Assembly: GCA_964016885.1 (NCBI GenBank)
Contig: OZ024742.1
Coordinates: 47,120,001-47,184,000, forward strand
Source of the DNA: Eledone cirrhosa
Taxonomy: Eukaryota
Length of the DNA stretch: 64,000 nucleotides
Reading direction: 5' to 3'
Shown here: positions 51,660 through 63,193 of the stretch, piece after piece
Position numbering within the stretch: position 1 is the stretch's first letter
Layout: each line of letters starts with the position of its first letter
The notes under the pieces: generated by a model
What the model was told of the DNA's origin: nothing
Seen by the model: only the letters and a program-made list of their open reading frames with translations
Database searches by the model: none
Program-made: the position numbers and the translations under genes

Positions 51660-52430
51660 TTAAAACTTCATTTGAATTCTGATTCTTTCCCAAAACATTC
51701 CAAGTGTCAACCTGACAACTGATGCAAGATTTGACGATACACACATTTCACAATCAATTGTCATACAAATGATGCCACAGTCGGACAAATATCAGTAAAT
51801 GTTTTTGCAAGATTTTTAAATTGATAATGCCCTGCTCAGGACATGGGCATTGTCACTTAGCTCTCTTGCAGGAATTGCTTTCCTGGGATTTTTTTATCAT
51901 TCCAAGTGCGCCGACAATCACTGGTATTGTATAGGCCTTAAGATGGCATATTTTCTCTATTTTATTTGATAATTTTAATATTAAGAAACATGTTTTCTCT
52001 TTATGGTACTTCACAATTATATCAAGTCTGTTGGCCTTGATTATTCTGTCAGTATTCACGGAGAAATGCCATAGGACTGCCACATTCTCGCCTCTTGTTC
52101 TTACATCTGAGTGACATTTGTAGCATTTTCATTTCATTTTCAGACCCACTGTTAATATTGCCCTACTCCTTCATGCCTCGTGTTATATTATTGGGGAGCT
52201 AATTCTTTGCAGCCTGATACCTGGTGGTCAATGGTTTTAACATGCCCATCAGAGAATCAACAATTTGGGTCAATTCCGTTTCTGATCACATTGGCTTCAA
52301 AGTTTTGCGTTGAAAGAAATCATGTTTAAAATGTATTCCCATTTCTTTCGCAAACTTCACACTGTCCGTTTGACTGAATGTAACCCCTTCTTCCTTTCGT
52401 AATCTGCAAACATTTTCTTCATCCGTTCAT
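51660..52430 (-). mobile_element. R4/Dong lineage 2, decayed 3' fragment
   Basis: ORF 51853-52083 reads VLWHFSVNTDRIIKANRLDIIV..IPVIVGALGMIKK. The 3' UTR aligns with 5770-5940. Confidence 0.82.
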
Positions 52431-52569
52431 CTATGGTTATTAAAGTACTGATGGAGTCCAACTGTCGATATCCTGTTTGACAGTTAAGTAATTAGGTCTA
52501 TTTAATCGACCTTCCTCACCCCAAAATTGGCTTTGTGCCAATAATTCATATTATCATTGTTATTTATGT

Positions 52570-53110
52570 TGCTGTGAAACTTTCACAAGTGTAGTCCTAG
52601 TTAATTTGGTGGTCTTGTTCTACAAGGTTTTACCTTCGCGATATAGTTTTTGGTATTTGTCTGTCGGTTCGTTGTCTTTCCCTTTCACTCTAATGTAGAA
52701 TGAGATTATTTTACAAATATTTGTATCGTTCTTAAGTACAATTCGATGTTGTCTTGGTTGATCCAGTTCCTTGTCTGTTTGAATTTTTATGTACCATAAT
52801 GTTTTTCCTAGTTCTATTTCGACAGTTTTCCTGGGTGATATGCATACCACAGAAGTTCTTCTGTTTCATAGAAATTCCATGAAAGTTTGGCGACTCTAGC
52901 TTTTCAACTTTTTTACTCCAGATTCGTACACAGTAATTCTAACTGGGTTTCAGTTTCTCCTCTTACTTCACACAATCGTCAAAACAGTGATCTATGCTCC
53001 ATTTCTCTGCGTTTTCTGATCGCTAGTCACTCTATAACATGTTCTTTGGCTGACATTACAGTACCTTGTGGCTTCTTTGATATCGCTCTTCCTTATTCAT
53101 CGTTGTTTTA
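52570..53110 (-). mobile_element. Very old R4-like 3' fragment
   Basis: ORF 52620-52850 LWYIKIQTDKELDQ.. resembles LWDFRIQTDKKLEH. A knuckle remnant RLCEVR..ETE lies upstream. Confidence 0.65.
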
Positions 53111-53451
53111 GCAAGGTAGATTCGTAGTATACTTACTGTGATATTTTCCCATACTTTGATTATCATTCTTCTACTAGTTACCATTATCAAAATGGTTACC
53201 ATTATCAAAATGATTCTTCATTCTCCAACCATAAGTATCTGTCACCTATTCCCTAACTTTTCACTTAAATATATAACTTTTACTTAAATATATAACTGTA
53301 TATCATTTCTTTGAAAACAATTCCATTTTATATTCTTACATTCTCCACTTTCTCCTGTCACACCATAACACTATATTTATATGCATATACATGCCTTTCT
53401 ACACATTTACCGACGCGTATAATATGCAATATAGTATTATACATAAATATA

Positions 53452-53487
<36 letters not shown>

Positions 53488-53587
53488 ACAGCCATCTATA
53501 GAAAACGAATATGACTATTATTTATAATAATCGACTATCAATACGGTCATTTGCATTGGGATGACAACCACACAGACGCCCAGCATG

Positions 53588-53625
<38 letters not shown>

Positions 53626-53760
53626 AATATATACATACATACACACACACACATTTATATATATATATATAGAGACACAGAGAGAGGTAGAACACTGGGA
53701 GGTAATATCCGTAGTGGTAGAGCACTCAGTCCATGGGACGAGTAAGGTAGAAGTAGTAAC

Positions 53761-53885
53761 ACAGTTAGTTCACCATAGCGAGAACAATTGTTTCACCTTA
53801 GCGGATCCTCAGCTCGTAATGGTCCATTACGAGCTGAGGATCCGCTAAGGTGAAACAGTTGTTCTCGGTATGGTGAACTAACTGT
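53761..53885. ncRNA. Fold-back palindrome with a hammerhead on each strand (53779-53816 minus; 53830-53867 plus)
   Basis: 62-bp arms with two mismatches and a 1-nt spacer. CGAG-CUGAGGA-U CC GCUAA GG U-GAAACA(A/G)UUGUU-CUCG. Confidence 0.85.
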
Positions 53886-53914
53886 TGTGTAACCATTTCT
53901 CTCTCTATATATAT

Positions 53915-53985
<71 letters not shown>

Positions 53986-54173
53986 ATATATAGTTAGAGA
54001 AGCAAAAAATGGTTTATTGTGACTCACTATTTTGAAAATTTGGACTGTGAACAACAATTATGATTGAGTGGCTGCTATTTGCAGTATAGCAATATCAGGT
54101 TGCACTTACCAATGAAACGGTCGTTAATACCTGGATAAAATCCTTCTCTTAATGCTTACCTGTGTTTTCTCTT

Positions 54174-54177
54174 TTAT

Positions 54178-54245
<68 letters not shown>

Positions 54246-54299
54246 ATAGATACATATATATATATATATATACATATAGATATACATATATATATATAC

Positions 54300-54373
<74 letters not shown>

Positions 54374-54386
54374 GTATATATATATG

Positions 54387-54417
<31 letters not shown>

Positions 54418-54440
54418 GTATATATATGTATATATATATG

Positions 54441-54498
<58 letters not shown>

Positions 54499-54518
54499 AA
54501 TATGTACATATAAATATA

Positions 54519-54588
<70 letters not shown>

Positions 54589-54600
54589 CACGTATACACA
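54174..54600. repeat. Long compound (TA)n microsatellite, representative of dozens of (TA)n, (CA)n, (GA)n, (ATT)n and (ATGT)n tracts
   Basis: Read directly from the sequence. Confidence 0.95.
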
Positions 54601-55200
54601 CGCGCACACAAAGAATCAGAGAAAGAAAGTGGAGTGGAAATAAGGAGAAAAACGCTTGAGTGGGTTGTGTATATAAGATTCTATACATATACCTACATGT
54701 ATATATATAATGGCTATGTAAGATGGGGTTCATGTGAGTTGCAAGAAGTAGGTTATTGAGAGTCTATACGATTATAGTGAAGGAAATAATATCATTCATT
54801 GGAAAAAGTTTGGTTAGCCAATTGTTCAGTTTCCTCCGGATTTTTCAAGAAACAGTGTTAAATTTAAAAGAAATGGCAATTCTGAATTCGCATACGAGTG
54901 AAAAGAACGAAATATTCGTTCAAGAAATTAGGCGGAGCTTTTGTCAATAATCCGGAAACGAAACAGGCTGTACGGTATCAGTAGTAGCAAAAAATGAAAA
55001 TAAATTCTTAAGAGACGGTCTAAAGAAAAGAGAGAGCAAGTTCTGAAAACAATAGACCTAATCTAGTGAATTGGATTGAGAATGTCAAAATGTGAGAAAA
55101 ATGAAGCTGAGAAAAGTAATGCATACATGCACAAGCACAAACACACAAACACGCACACTGACACACAAAAACCCACAGACGCACATATGTGTATATATAA

Positions 55201-55862
55201 AAAAGAAAATGTTCGCTCTACATGGCTAAATACAATAAATGTAATCTGCCAACACAAGAGCAAGAATGAAGCGTTCATTCTACTGACATGGCTATAAAAT
55301 TAACGCTTATTTGCATAATTGCAAACGAATCGAATGTTATTATTAATATTCAAAGAACTCAGATTATATTTATTGTATTCAGCCATGTAGAGCGACAATT
55401 TTCTTTGCTATTTGAATTAGGCAAAGCTGGCCATTTATCGCTAGTATACAGGAAACTGACTGGCCAGTCTGCTTATATGCAAATCTGGCTGATCAGTGGA
55501 TCATCTAATATGCAGAACTGACTGATGAGCAAGTCTGCTAATGAGCAAGTCTGCTAATATGCAAATCAGGCCGATCAGTCACTGTGTATTTTTGAAAATA
55601 GCATATGTTTTCACTAGCTCTGACACGTTGGCAGGTGAACAGTGAGCTGTACTGATGAAGGGTGATAGCCAGAAACATTAGTGTCTGCACTTTTGTTCAC
55701 ATTCCAACACAAGAGCAAGAATGAAGGGTTCATTCTACTGACATGGCTATAAGATTGAGGCTTATTTGCATAATTGCAAACGAATCGAATGTTATTATTA
55801 ATATTCGAAAAACTCAGATTACATTTATTGTATTCAGCCATGTAGAGCAAACATTTTCTTTT
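55201..55862 (+). mobile_element. Non-coding hammerhead-bearing element with a ~158-bp direct repeat and an inverted 48-bp 3' end (retrozyme/mini-PLE-like)
   Basis: 55249-55406 repeats at 55704-55861 (period 455). 55201-55248 is the inverse of 55815-55862. (TA)-rich flanks. Confidence 0.78.
55635..55700 (+). ncRNA. Type I hammerhead with an extended stem I
   Basis: GUGAACAG..UGUA-CUGAUGA-A GG GUGAUAG CC A-GAAACA UUAG UGUC-UGCA..UUGUUCAC. Confidence 0.8.
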
Positions 55863-55921
55863 TCATATATATATATACATATAAATACATAAACAAGCAC
55901 ACAGACATACATATTCGCAGG

Positions 55922-55953
<32 letters not shown>

Positions 55954-55954
55954 T

Positions 55955-56147
55955 GTCAGGTCACTCTTGAGTGATACTGGTAACATGTAAACCAGTACAA
56001 ACTGTCGCATGGTCGGGTCATCGGCGACTAAACCGGCAACCCCACCAAGTTTACTTGGTGAGGAGGGTGATTTTGGACACCCTGCGGGACAAAAAACAAA
56101 ACCTGACAAAGGGCGGAATAACCGATAAGAGTCAACGGCCATCCAAA
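55955..56147 (+). mobile_element. Element-B 5' module, short form (further copies at 58075-58215 minus and 60570-60737 minus)
   Basis: tactggtaacatgt..ccagtacaa..catggtcgggtc..gcgactaaac.ggcaaccccaccaag..cttggtgaggagggtga..aagagtcaa.ggccatcc. Confidence 0.82.
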
Positions 56148-56259
56148 AATGTGTAAATAGGTATATACACATATACATATGTATGTGTATGTATATACGT
56201 GTGTATATGCCTGGGGTGTCAGGGAGGGGCATGTACCTCTGTAGGGTGTGTGTATGTTT

Positions 56260-56802
56260 GGGGCTAGCCATGCCCTTTTCAGGACAGGTCGTCCTGCATT
56301 GGGTCCCACCTGATACTCAGCTCTAACCTGTGGCCCCAAGAAGCTGTAGCATGTGACAGTGGCCACACCCTGGTAAACCGCTTTGGCTGGCGGGCTGAAC
56401 CAGGTTGAGGGTAGCCGGACGGGTCTGTAACCCCCCTGGTTAGTTAGATAGGGGATGCCTGCCCCTGCATGCGAAGACTGGACCCAGCGGAGTGAGTGGA
56501 GGAGGACAACATCTTCCCAACGGTCACGAAGGCGGCGACAGCAACAGGTGTGGAGCGCTAGGGTACGGCAAGGTACGAGAGACGTCGTGGTCATCCACTG
56601 CAGCCAAGGAAGTCCCTGGTCGTGACGGTCCTCCGTACCACCAGATTCTGGCTTCTGCGGCCGAGTGAGTGGGACCGTCACTGTGCACTGGCTCTCCCAC
56701 TATAAATCTTTCCCGCACAGGTTTCTTCTTCAGCGGGTGCCCACGGTAGACGGGAACTAAATTAAAGAAGATGTCATCATCGTTCACGATGGACAACCAA
56801 GA
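56260..56802 (+). mobile_element. GC-rich non-autonomous RTE-like retroposon
   Basis: A sharp GC island between microsatellites. The 5' part resembles RTE 5' UTRs as I recall them. It ends in a hairpin catcgttcacgatg, then gacaaccaaga and a (TACA)n tail. No protein motif. Confidence 0.6.
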
Positions 56803-56860
56803 TACATACATACATATATATGAGTGTGTTTGTGTGTGTATGTATGGAGACAGAGAGAGA

Positions 56861-56935
<75 letters not shown>

Positions 56936-57289
56936 GGGGGAGATAGATAGAAAGGTACAGAGAGAGGAGGATAGGTAGATGCTTCAGTCAATTAAGTATG
57001 ATCTTTGGTTGTTTGCATGATTCACTGTTTGCGTCATCGATTGATTGATTCCGCGAATGAATGATTGATTGATTTGTTTGTTTTTTATTAACTGAATTTG
57101 AGTGAAGTTATATCGGATAGATGCAGAATGAGCGTAAATATAGTAGGAAAAGAAAGCATAGAATTAGTGAAATATGCCTATATAAATAAACAAAAATATG
57201 GAGAATGTTAAGAAAGAAATATTTATGAAATAACACCGGAAATTTAAAATTAAAAATTTTAGTTGATAGTGATGTTGTCATGACGAAAA

Positions 57290-57620
57290 GAAACTAGTGC
57301 ACCCTGTAAATGTGGTAGAGCCGGTGTCATAATAAAATACTCCTAGTACACGCTGTACAATATTTGATGTTACGAAGTGCATCCATCCGAAGAAAGCATG
57401 ATTCCAGTACTCACTAAAATGTAGCTGTCGTTAGGAAGGGTATCCAGCCGTAGAAGCCATGCACCACTACACACTGTAAAGTGATTGGTGTTGCGGAGGG
57501 CATCCAACCGTAGAAACCAAGTAAGAGCGGGGCCTAGTTTACTGACTGGTTACGTGACAGCCGCCTAACTTGTGCAAGGGTGGAAATTGATGTTAAACGG
57601 TGATGATGATGATGATGATG
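57290..57620 (+). mobile_element. SINE 3' region with an internal ~60-bp triplication and a (GAT)n tail
   Basis: A cagtacac.ctgtaaa..gttaggaagggcatccagccgtagaa.ccatg-like unit occurs three times (~57345, 57405, 57465). It ends gttaaacggtgatgatgatg. Confidence 0.72.
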
Positions 57621-59611
57621 TTATATACTGTATATATATTCGGGTGTTATTTATGCAGATACCATGTGGAAGCTCTGTCAGGTGTTGCAACAGGGAGGTT
57701 CATAGAAGAAATCAGACTTCGGCGTCACGTTGATCATTTTCTGACTGACTGTTGTAGGTGTATACTGAGACAGCTACCTGACCTGTTACAGTGACTGAGA
57801 GAGAGGGGGAGGAGGAGACGATATTCAGTTAATACTGACAGAACTCTTTACAGATAAGAGCAGTTCGACGTTCGGTATGATTTGTGCCTGAAACATCTAA
57901 TAGCACGCCTACTTCCAGCTTGTTAGGTCTGCATTCATCACTATTCTCCCAATCGCTGTAGAACCACGTTCAACTTTCAGATAAAACCAGCAGGAAATTC
58001 TGATGGCCCAACATAGGTTGTGACAACCAGCAACTGATTCATCTTCAGTGTTTTCCTGTCCCAGTAAACCTGTTGAGGACCATTGACTCTCATGAGTTCA
58101 TCTCCCCTTTGACGGGTTTCGCTTTTCCTCTTGTAGGATGTTAAAAAATCACCCTCCTCAACAATCCAGCTTGATGGGGTTGCCTATTTAGTCGCCGACG
58201 ACTGGACCATGCGACAATGCGGATTATGTCGACAAAATAATGAAGAACTTGTACAAATTTTCTGCAGTGTATGAAACAGTACAAGCTTCCCAGAAATACG
58301 GAGAAAATTGTCAAAATATAAGAATTTTAAAATTGAAATAAGGATGTAGGCGAAAAAAGTATATACACTAGCATGAATAATTCAACCGCTATAGATTATA
58401 GAAACAATATTAACCAAAAATATAAAATCATACAACTTAACATACAGTTTAAATATATATCAGTATAGTTTTAATGAGTATTTCATCTAATATATGTATA
58501 TTGTTTTAACCTGTATTGTTTAGCAGTTTCTATTTCTTCCTATCGCATCAATAAATTCAATTAAGTTAGCTGTCAAATTCATCTGGTTCGAAACTGAATA
58601 TAGCATTTTATTTATTCCTAAGAAAATATATGATCATATAGTAAATAGATTTAACGTTGTGAAAAATTCGTTAAAATCTACAACTTACTGACTTGTAATT
58701 TGATATATATTGCTTGGTGAGAGAGAATTTTTTTAAAAATCAATTTACTTCATGTAAAACACAAAAGTCAAATGAAGTAAAATGAAGCAAAATGTCGTAA
58801 TTAGTTTATATGTAACTTGAGAAAATTATCCAATATTCATTTTTTTTATTCTAAAATTTGCTGTGTTTAAAATACAATTATTATAGCAACATATAATGTA
58901 ATCTTAGCATCCAATATTAATTGTACGCATTTGTAGAGATTTTGATAGAAATCAAGTTCTTACCATTCTCAAATACAATTCATAATTTGAAGGAGTAATT
59001 ATTGACGGTAGAGAGAGGCTATTTCAGAGAACACTAGGACAATTATTATTATCAATATTAGATCTATATATTTCTATGAAAGCTTTAATATATTCTATCA
59101 TGTAAAAATGGTTTCTCTACATACGAAAAATAAATATCTTTTCAGTGATTGATTTTTAAACTTACGCTTCTGCGAAACAGAAAATACAATAACCCTAGGA
59201 TTGATGAAAGACACAATAGACAGCTTTCACAATTCACTAAAGTGTGAAGTATAATAACATTTAGGCCCAAGGTTAGCAAATTTTGAAGAGGGCAAAGTTT
59301 ATAAAATAAAATTCATTGCTTGATTGCAACTTTATTTTATCGCCCCAGGAAAGATAAAAAAAAAATAAACAAAGATGACCTCAACGGTATTTGAACGCAG
59401 AATGTAAAATGCCTGCATATATACATAGGGGCATTCTTTTCGACGTTGTACTAATTCCCAACACTCCAGAAATATGCAAATTAAGAACGTATCTATTTAA
59501 GGAATATATTTCTGTTCAGTTAAATGTAGTAGACTAAAATATAATATTACTACATTAATAAAATAAATAAATACAGTAGAAAGGAGAACTATAGCTGTTA
59601 TAACAATACTA

Positions 59612-59790
59612 ATGGCGGTGGATTGACAGTATCAGTAGAGCGTCGGACATCCTGCCTTGATTTATAGAGTTATGGCCGTTTACGTTCTGAGTTCATATCC
59701 CGCCGAGGTTAGATTTGTCTTTCATCCTTAAGGCCTCGATAAAATACCCAACACCGAACTGAGGTCGATTTTACCGACTTTTCCCTCCCT
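59612..59790 (+). mobile_element. SINE-A copy (an older inverted copy lies at ~59255-59470)
   Basis: ggcggtggattgacagtatcagtagagcgtcggac...ctgagttcatatcccgccgagg. Confidence 0.8.
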
Positions 59791-62271
59791 CTCTTAAAAC
59801 AAAAATCTTTATAACAATACTAGTTTGTTACACTGGTTTAAAAATAAGTTTAATGGTTTGTATCAAATTGAAGGGAATTACATTTCATCGACCACAGAAA
59901 GATGAAAGGCAAAGTTAACATCATTGGATTGTAGAGTGTATTCTCAACAAGTGGGCCTCCTCATCAACAGGACTTTTCCTTTCCCCAAGAAGCAAATAGC
60001 ATACGTCCCAAATGAAGGATTGCATTTGTCTGATACGTTCTCTTGTTCGGTGTTTCATGCACACGTACATCTATGCTTGCATATATATATATATATATAT
60101 ATGCGTACATTCATACATACATACGTTCGTACGTAAAAACTTACATACCTACATACATATATACATACATATATACTATATTATAAATGCTTCACCTTGT
60201 CATACAATCGCCGTCTCAACGTCTTCTGAATCCCTCCAGTAGGTTTACACCTGTCAAGGTGCTCTATCACGGTAACTACCGGGTGCTACGATTTGTCAAT
60301 GAGGCCACCCTTGGTTTTGTCTCAGTTTGCTGATTTCTATATCCATAGATCAAGGACTTCCCAATTTCATTAAAAGTTTAAAACTTACAAATAAACAAAG
60401 AAAAATCAAAGCTAAAACAGTTAAAAGATAAAAGATAAAAGAGTTAAAATTAAAAGCTAAATGATGTAAAAACAAGTTAAAGCTGTTAAACGTTAAGAGT
60501 GAACATATCACATACATTCAGCGCCCACATCCACAGTCACACACATTTAAATACATATATACACACAGCTGGATAGCCATTGGATCTCATGAGTTCCTCT
60601 GCCTTCTGACGGGTGTTTTCTTCCATCCTGCGGGATATCCACAATCACCTTACTCACCAAGCAAGCTTAGTAGAGTTGCCAGTTTAGTCGCCGACGACCC
60701 AACAATGCAACAGCTTGTACCGGGTTACGTCCAACCTACATGCAGACATACATACATACATACATATATACATACATGCAGACATACATACATAGAGAGT
60801 CCATTAATGGAACTGTAAAAATATGTAAAACTACTCAGAATTTGAAATCCATTATGCAATGATTGCAGGTGATATGCAGGTGCATATGTAGAAACATATG
60901 TACCTGCATACACATTATCCAAAGTATGCAGCTCCACGCATATAATCACATCCATACCTGCACACAGACAGACAAACACAAAGAGGCATACATATGTATT
61001 TGCCTAGCTGGTGTTGTATACATTTTAATGAAATAGTCTGGTTTCTATTTTTGAAACTGTCTCTATCTCTATTGGTGAACATTTATAAAATAAAAAAATC
61101 AGAAGAACATACATACATAGAATAAATATGAATTATAAACATATTATATGTATGAATTCAAAATTGAAAGAGGTTGCATGTAGACATGAACGAAACAAGC
61201 TGAAATAGGGTGTTTGGAAAGATCTCATCAAAATAATAATACTGCATACCAGTTTTATACGACGTATATAATTCTCCCGACAGAATTCAATAAAAATTAC
61301 ACAAATAGATATCTAGAACAACCATTATCTGAATATCTCATCTAACTCGTCACTCATAATATATAACTGCGAAAAATTGAAAACATTCAAATAAAGCAAT
61401 TTAACGAATTCTTCAACAATTAAACGAAATAGGTATGAACTATACCAATCGTAACTAAATTGGAAATGTTTGGATAATATCCAAGACAATAAAATATTAG
61501 TTAACAAGAGAAAGTATCACCCACATTAAAATGTGATCCTAAATATAGAAATGTATTAAGCAACCACCTACAGCTGCCACGGAAACACTTTTAGTTGGAG
61601 AGAACTAGGATAAGGAATATTCTGTTATATTCTGGGCTGTGCACGTTTGGTTCACTGTAAATAACCTTACACACACATACAGGTAATTTTAGCGATGCCA
61701 TTCTCATACGGTCAAATCGTATGAATGAGTGGTTAAATGGTTTGATGCAGATTATAAATAGGTCACACCACCATGTTCAACCATCACGCATGAGTGAATT
61801 CATAGATAAAATTTATCTAAAAGTTTAAATTTTACGACTCTGCATAAATAACAGTGCAGTTTCATTCTAGTGTATCAACAAATATAAAATCTGTAAATGT
61901 CTAGTGGAACTAAATTTATAAATCAAAAGGAAATTGTAAAGGAGTCTGCTTGAGGTTTAAAACATTGTGTTTAAGAGCGACTGGAAGATTTGCAAAACTT
62001 ACATTGATGTTTAGAAAATATTATCACCAACATTTAATTATTTGTCTTGTCCTTGTCTACATTGTGATTTCGTAGACAAAAGAAAGAAATATCCTGCAGC
62101 AGAATTGGCGGAGACATAGACATCTTTAACACTGAGTAGATATTCGAATACATTATCGAAAAACACTTGTTTCCAGAAGGTATATATGTGTGTGTGTGTG
62201 TATGTATGGGTGGGTGTGTAATTTATGAGTATAAAATTATGTGTCGCTGTAAGTCTATATTATTTGTAGGT

Positions 62272-62453
62272 GCGGTGGATTGGCAGTATCGGTAGAGGGT
62301 CGGACGCCATGCTTTCCAGCATAGTTACGTCCCTTTACGATCTGAGTTCAAATCCCGCCGAGGTTGACTTTGCCTTTCATCCTTACGGGGTCGATAAAAT
62401 AAAGTACCAGTAATGTACTGGTTAATTGCTGGCCTTGTGCCTAAAGTAGAAAC
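62272..62453 (+). mobile_element. SINE-A, full-length tRNA-derived SINE
   Basis: A-box-like tggcagtatcgg and B-box gagttcaaatcc. Flanking direct repeat attatttgtaggtg on both sides (TSD). Confidence 0.92.
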
Positions 62454-62814
62454 AATTATTTGTAGGTGTGTGTACACTGTTGTAAATTTCTTTGTTTATT
62501 TTCCACAAACACACATGAACTCATATCTCCACACAAGCATGCTCTCCAAGCATACATACACACTCATATACATAGACGTTTATGTGTATAATAGGTAACC
62601 ATATCATTACAAGCGGGAAATATATTTTTATATAAATAGATACGTTTATATCGGTATATTTTAGTAATATGTATGCGAAGGAGTCTGTAGATAAGTTTAC
62701 GGATATTGTTATATATTCCTTCATTAATCGTTGCTTTACGAATATGCAACGGATCTAACATAGTTTGGCGCACAGAAAATGATTCAATTCACGTACCAAT
62801 ATATAGTTTATGGA

Positions 62815-62866
<52 letters not shown>

Positions 62867-63025
62867 ACTCTTTCTCTCTCTCTCCCCCTCTCTCTCTCCC
62901 CCTCTCTCTCTCACTATGTATATATATATATATATATATGTGGGTGTGTGTTTATGTGTGTGTGTGTATGTGTGTGTATGTGTATTGTGTGCGTGTGTGT
63001 GTGTGTGTATATGTGTATATGTGTA

Positions 63026-63057
<32 letters not shown>

Positions 63058-63193
63058 TGTATGTAAATTTGAGTTGTTGCTCGAACATAGCGTTATACAC
63101 ATACGTATATGAATTGTATATTGGATATGGGATACGGGATATTTATGAAAAAAACATTTGAAAGCCTTTCGCTATGAATGTTATTAAGGCTAC

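Noticed and set aside
54149-54733. Long YI/IY-, CV-, HT- and LS-rich ORFs here and throughout
   Set aside because: They are translations of dinucleotide microsatellites, which lack stop codons by construction.
54815-54980. Possible hammerhead with a very long stem II ending GAAACAGGCUGUA
   Set aside because: No recognisable CUGANGA or stem I.
56028-56991. 217-aa and 155-aa minus-strand ORFs
   Set aside because: They span two different non-coding repeats and microsatellites, and are open because of high GC content.
62272-62360. tRNA gene
   Set aside because: A and B boxes are present but there is no cloverleaf. It is the head of a multi-copy SINE.
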